Source: Eubacteriales bacterium (lineage in GTDB: Bacteria > Bacillota > Clostridia > Oscillospirales > CAG-272). From it: a DNA stretch of 50,646 bases. A program made the position numbers and the translations under genes. The notes under the pieces were generated by a model, which was not told the origin of the DNA, ran no database searches, and saw only the letters and a list, made by a program, of their open reading frames with translations. How positions within the stretch are numbered: position 1 is the first letter of the stretch; each line of letters starts with the position of its first letter. The stretch covers positions 1 through 50,646 of the forward strand of contig JAZRTS010000168.1 in NCBI GenBank assembly GCA_045652135.1. The letters run 5' to 3'. This document shows positions 47,143 through 50,646 of the stretch, one piece after another.

Positions 47143-49869
47143 TTATTTAATACATATTCTTGTGTAAATATTGCAAATGAGCATCCATATGAGCTGATAA
47201 AGAATAACAGCGAGCGAATTTACACTGCTTCCTTCGATACCTGCAAAGATCGTAAATCCGGCTATCATAATACCTGCTATAATAGAGATAAACGAGAAAA
47301 GCACACCCATTTTTATTACGGATGAAAGTTTTCTGCAGTTTATGAGTACCTTCAGAAGTGACTTTGCGGAACCTTTAGAAACGATTGTTGCATCTGTGCT
47401 TTGGAGCGTCTGAGAAAGTTCGGATTTGTCAGAGCATTTTACTACTCTTACGGGATATTTTTTTATATTGATCTCGCTTGCAAGTAAAGATGTATCAATG
47501 TTGGGGTCAAAAGTCTTTACGGCTATACACATTCCTGCAGCGGTGAGCTGTTGTAAAACGGTGGAAAAGTCAGCGTCGGCGGTATATTTAAGATACAACT
47601 TGGCTACGATCGTACCACCGGATGCCATATACATAATACGTTTTGCGTTTTTGGCTTCAGCACTTTGATCGTCATCTGTATACACAGGAATGAAGTTTTG
47701 TTTTTCCATGAACGACGCGCTTCCAAGTAAAATGTGTTCTTCATTTACAGTTGCTTCGATACCGTCATCGTACACTGAGAATATTTTTACGCTGTCCGTT
47801 TTTTCAATTTCGCGAGAAGCATTTTCGAAAACGTCGTAAAGTGGACCGCCGAGTTTTTTGAAAACACTTGTTGCCGCAAACAAGACATGGTCAATTCTGT
47901 TTTCACCGTATACTTTTACGGAAAGAAGCTTTAACGCATATGACGGAAATACCTCTTTATCATCGAAAGAAACGACAGCGGTTTCTGAAAAGTCATCAGC
48001 TACACATTCACCTATAAATGCGCTGTTATCTTGAAAAGCAATGCTTGACGCTTTATAAAGCGGAAATGAAAATGCCGTAAAAAGTGAGGAGGGAATTATC
48101 GCGCTGAAAAGTATGAATGCGTAAGTTAATGAGGTATCAAAACCTTTCTTAAGCAAAAACATCGCCGTAAACGTGAGTATCGATGCGAGAAAACATAATC
48201 CGCCTGCTATCAAAAAGTGAGTTTTCGATTTTGAATGTTTTCGCGAATTCGATACAAAATTTTCAACGAAATTTGCTTTGTTGATCTTGAGCATTGTCGG
48301 ATTTTCAGGTAAATAACTGTAAAATTCGTCACTTTTAATGCTTTCAGAGGATGGCTTGAATTCATCGATCGTGTATTTTATCATGTTGCTCGAAGCGATA
48401 TTGAACGATGAAATTTCACGCTTGAGATCCCTGTATTCATTCAGCAGCGTTGCAGTGATACAGAATGCACACGGGGAGAAAATAAGGATGGGGTTCTGTG
48501 CTGAAACGACCGCTTGGTATACACCGAACGCAAGAGTTATAAGCGAGAAAGAGGATGTTAAAAGCTCACCCGTTATCTTACCGCTTGACAGAGCTTTGAA
48601 ACCATTTGTAAAGCCTGTGAAGAAAAATGCAAATACAATGAGGAAAAGCTGGAGAGCAACAAGTGTCAGCACTCTTGGATTTGAAACCGGATCTATGAAA
48701 TAGGGAACATTGTAACCGAGGGATATAACAGTTTCGAGTCCCAAAAGAACCATGGTGAACAAGGATGCACATATCAACTTGATTCTTGAATTTTTATAGA
48801 GTTTTCTGTATCTGTCCTTAAAAGGCTTTTTTTGTGCCGTATTCGTGTATTCACCGGAATTCTTTTTTATTTTGTGGTAACTGTCATCCTTTTTCTTTTC
48901 ACCAATGTGACCGATAGCTGCGATATCCGTGTCTTCCTTGTCGTTGTCGTATACGTCTTCAAGTGCTTTTGAGAAATCAACCATCGCATCCATAATTCGG
49001 TGTTCGGCATCGTTGTAACCGTCCGAAGATGTTTCGGGGGTGTTTTTATATACCTGATCGAATCCATAGTCAAAATTTTCGTCAGTGGTTTTATCTTCTT
49101 TTTCAAAAGCATCCACCGGTGATACAACGGTTTTTTCTTCGACGGCCACCGTATCACCGGATATTTCATCTATACGTGTGGTATCTCCGCTTTCCTCGGT
49201 ACTGTCATTCAGAGTTGCCGTATCTTCGTTGTCATCTGCGAATGCTGCGACTACGGCTGTTTTTTCCTCATTCTGTTCATCTTCATCGCTGTCGGAAGTA
49301 TCGTTTGACAACGGAACAGCGGTTGTATCCGGAAATTCAATGTCATCGTATTCAGCATCGTTGAAGAAAGAGCGTCCTGTTTTTTCTTCTTTTTCGTTTG
49401 AAATGTTGATACTGTTTACACTTCTGGTATTTTCGTCAGAGGTGTTTTTCTGTGAACGTTTCATGGGAGCAGGTTGATAAACAGTGTCATCGAGTCTGTC
49501 GAGAGTATCCGAAAATCCTATCAGCGAATCAACATATTCCGACGCTTCACCTTTTTTTGAATCGAATATATCTTGAAGCGTGGTATCGTCTTCTTCATCT
49601 TCTTCCGGAGAGAGATAAAGGATTTCATAATCGTCGTCATTGCCGACTGCGGAGCTTTCTGCGGCATTTGCACCCGTATCCGTGTTAGAATCTTTTCTTT
49701 TTGACTCGTCATATGTGTTTTCAATGCGATCAGCGACAGTGTTTTTGGATTCGCCGCTTTCATCGTCATCCTCGTCTTCTGTATCGTTTTCGGGCTCAAT
49801 ACCGAGAGTTTTATTTAAACGTCTTATTATCTCATCTGCGGAAATATCATTCAAATCTTTCTTTTCCAT
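47143..49869 (-). CDS. Degenerate P1B-type-ATPase-like membrane protein with long acidic N-terminus
   Basis: About 330-aa D/E/T/S-rich region, about 8 TMs, VVSFDDKEVFP at the DKTGT position, GIEATV...LLGS..FM N-domain-like segment; RBS favours ATG 49869. Confidence 0.6.
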   Translation of the reverse strand: MEKKDLNDISADEIIRRLNKTLGIEPENDTEDEDDDESGESKNTVADRIENTYDESKRKDSNTDTGANAAESSAVGNDDDYEILYLSPEEDEEDDTTLQDIFDSKKGEASEYVDSLIGFSDTLDRLDDTVYQPAPMKRSQKNTSDENTRSVNSINISNEKEEKTGRSFFNDAEYDDIEFPDTTAVPLSNDTSDSDEDEQNEEKTAVVAAFADDNEDTATLNDSTEESGDTTRIDEISGDTVAVEEKTVVSPVDAFEKEDKTTDENFDYGFDQVYKNTPETSSDGYNDAEHRIMDAMVDFSKALEDVYDNDKEDTDIAAIGHIGEKKKDDSYHKIKKNSGEYTNTAQKKPFKDRYRKLYKNSRIKLICASLFTMVLLGLETVISLGYNVPYFIDPVSNPRVLTLVALQLFLIVFAFFFTGFTNGFKALSSGKITGELLTSSFSLITLAFGVYQAVVSAQNPILIFSPCAFCITATLLNEYRDLKREISSFNIASSNMIKYTIDEFKPSSESIKSDEFYSYLPENPTMLKINKANFVENFVSNSRKHSKSKTHFLIAGGLCFLASILTFTAMFLLKKGFDTSLTYAFILFSAIIPSSLFTAFSFPLYKASSIAFQDNSAFIGECVADDFSETAVVSFDDKEVFPSYALKLLSVKVYGENRIDHVLFAATSVFKKLGGPLYDVFENASREIEKTDSVKIFSVYDDGIEATVNEEHILLGSASFMEKQNFIPVYTDDDQSAEAKNAKRIMYMASGGTIVAKLYLKYTADADFSTVLQQLTAAGMCIAVKTFDPNIDTSLLASEINIKKYPVRVVKCSDKSELSQTLQSTDATIVSKGSAKSLLKVLINCRKLSSVIKMGVLFSFISIIAGIMIAGFTIFAGIEGSSVNSLAVILYQLIWMLICNIYTRICIK

Positions 49870-49874
49870 ACATT

Positions 49875-50642
49875 TCACCCTTTCTTTTTACTTGTTTTTA
49901 TATACTTTTGCTTTGCAACCTCATTGAGTATTACTGCGGCGGCACACGAAACGTTAAGTGAATTTACGTGCCCAAGCATTGGAATGGATACCGTAAAATC
50001 ACACTTTGATTTTACTATCCTTGATATGCCTTCCCCTTCGCTTCCGAGTACAATGCAAACACCGCCTGAAAAATCGCAATCGAAATAATCCGTTCCTCCA
50101 AAATCAGCGGCGTATACCCAAAGCCCCTTTTCTTTTAATTCATCAACTGTTGAAGCGATGTTTGTCACTCTTGCGATGGGAAGATGTGACGCGGCACCCG
50201 CAGATGATTTTACAGCTGTTGAGTTAACGGTCGCTGAGCGTCTTTTGGGAATTATAAGCCCGTGCGCACCGGCACACTCACACGTTCTGATTATAGCACC
50301 GAGGTTATGCGGATCTTCAATTCCGTCAGCAATTACCACGAAAGGCGCCGTGTTTTTCTCACTTGCTTTTTCCAGAATAAAGTCGACGCTGACGTATTCG
50401 GTTCCGGGAATCATCGCGCAAATGCCTTGATGGACACCTCCGCCGGTCATTTTATCAAGTTTTGCTTTTTCAGCTTCTACGATGGGGATACGTTTTTCCT
50501 CAGCCAATGCTATCAAATATCCCAATGAACCGCTGCGTTCGGAACGTATAACGAAGATTTTGTCAACATCTCCGTTTTTTTTGAGTAATTCGCGTACAGC
50601 GTTTCTTCCGTATATTATATTTTCGTTTTTATCAAATTCCAT
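49875..50642 (-). CDS. rlmB: 23S rRNA (guanosine2251-2'-O)-methyltransferase
   Basis: IYGRNAV.E.L, HQGI, DPHNLGAIIRT, GSEGEG, IPM.G.VNSLNVS.A. Confidence 0.95.
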   Translation of the reverse strand: MEFDKNENIIYGRNAVRELLKKNGDVDKIFVIRSERSGSLGYLIALAEEKRIPIVEAEKAKLDKMTGGGVHQGICAMIPGTEYVSVDFILEKASEKNTAPFVVIADGIEDPHNLGAIIRTCECAGAHGLIIPKRRSATVNSTAVKSSAGAASHLPIARVTNIASTVDELKEKGLWVYAADFGGTDYFDCDFSGGVCIVLGSEGEGISRIVKSKCDFTVSIPMLGHVNSLNVSCAAAVILNEVAKQKYIKTSKKKG

Positions 50643-50646
50643 TTTA

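Overview
Low-GC Firmicutes (Clostridia-like) chromosomal segment, mostly housekeeping and mostly on the + strand. In order: 3' part of aspS, a tandem class II aldolase and HAD phosphatase, a sigG gene cut off after region 2, a ferritin-like spore gene, an ACP plus flippase, trmK, a complete 9-gene V/A-type ATPase operon, galU-dCMP deaminase-rimI-tsaD, a dehydrogenase-rex-dnaD-dnaC-like operon preceded by a DnaA-box cluster, MBOAT/DHHW genes, a THF riboswitch with folT, a GT2/GT-C pair, rsmE, a CdaR regulator-ftsEX-M23-S41 cluster, greA-lysS, an accessory patch (42.2-47.1 kb), a degenerate P-type-ATPase-like gene and rlmB. I saw no tRNA, rRNA, CRISPR array, transposase or integrase. The most interesting signals are: (1) an intact-looking sigG N-terminal half that stops at STYAVPM with an att-like junction and no C-terminal half in the window; (2) two single-gene islets, each bracketed by inverted copies of a hairpin; (3) a 7-box DnaA cluster that does not appear to be oriC; (4) a THF riboswitch with an extra hairpin in its conserved core; (5) an FtsX with a ~300-aa extracellular insert; (6) Rex and P-type ATPase homologues with altered catalytic or ligand motifs. 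All family calls come from motif recognition by eye; no searches were run.
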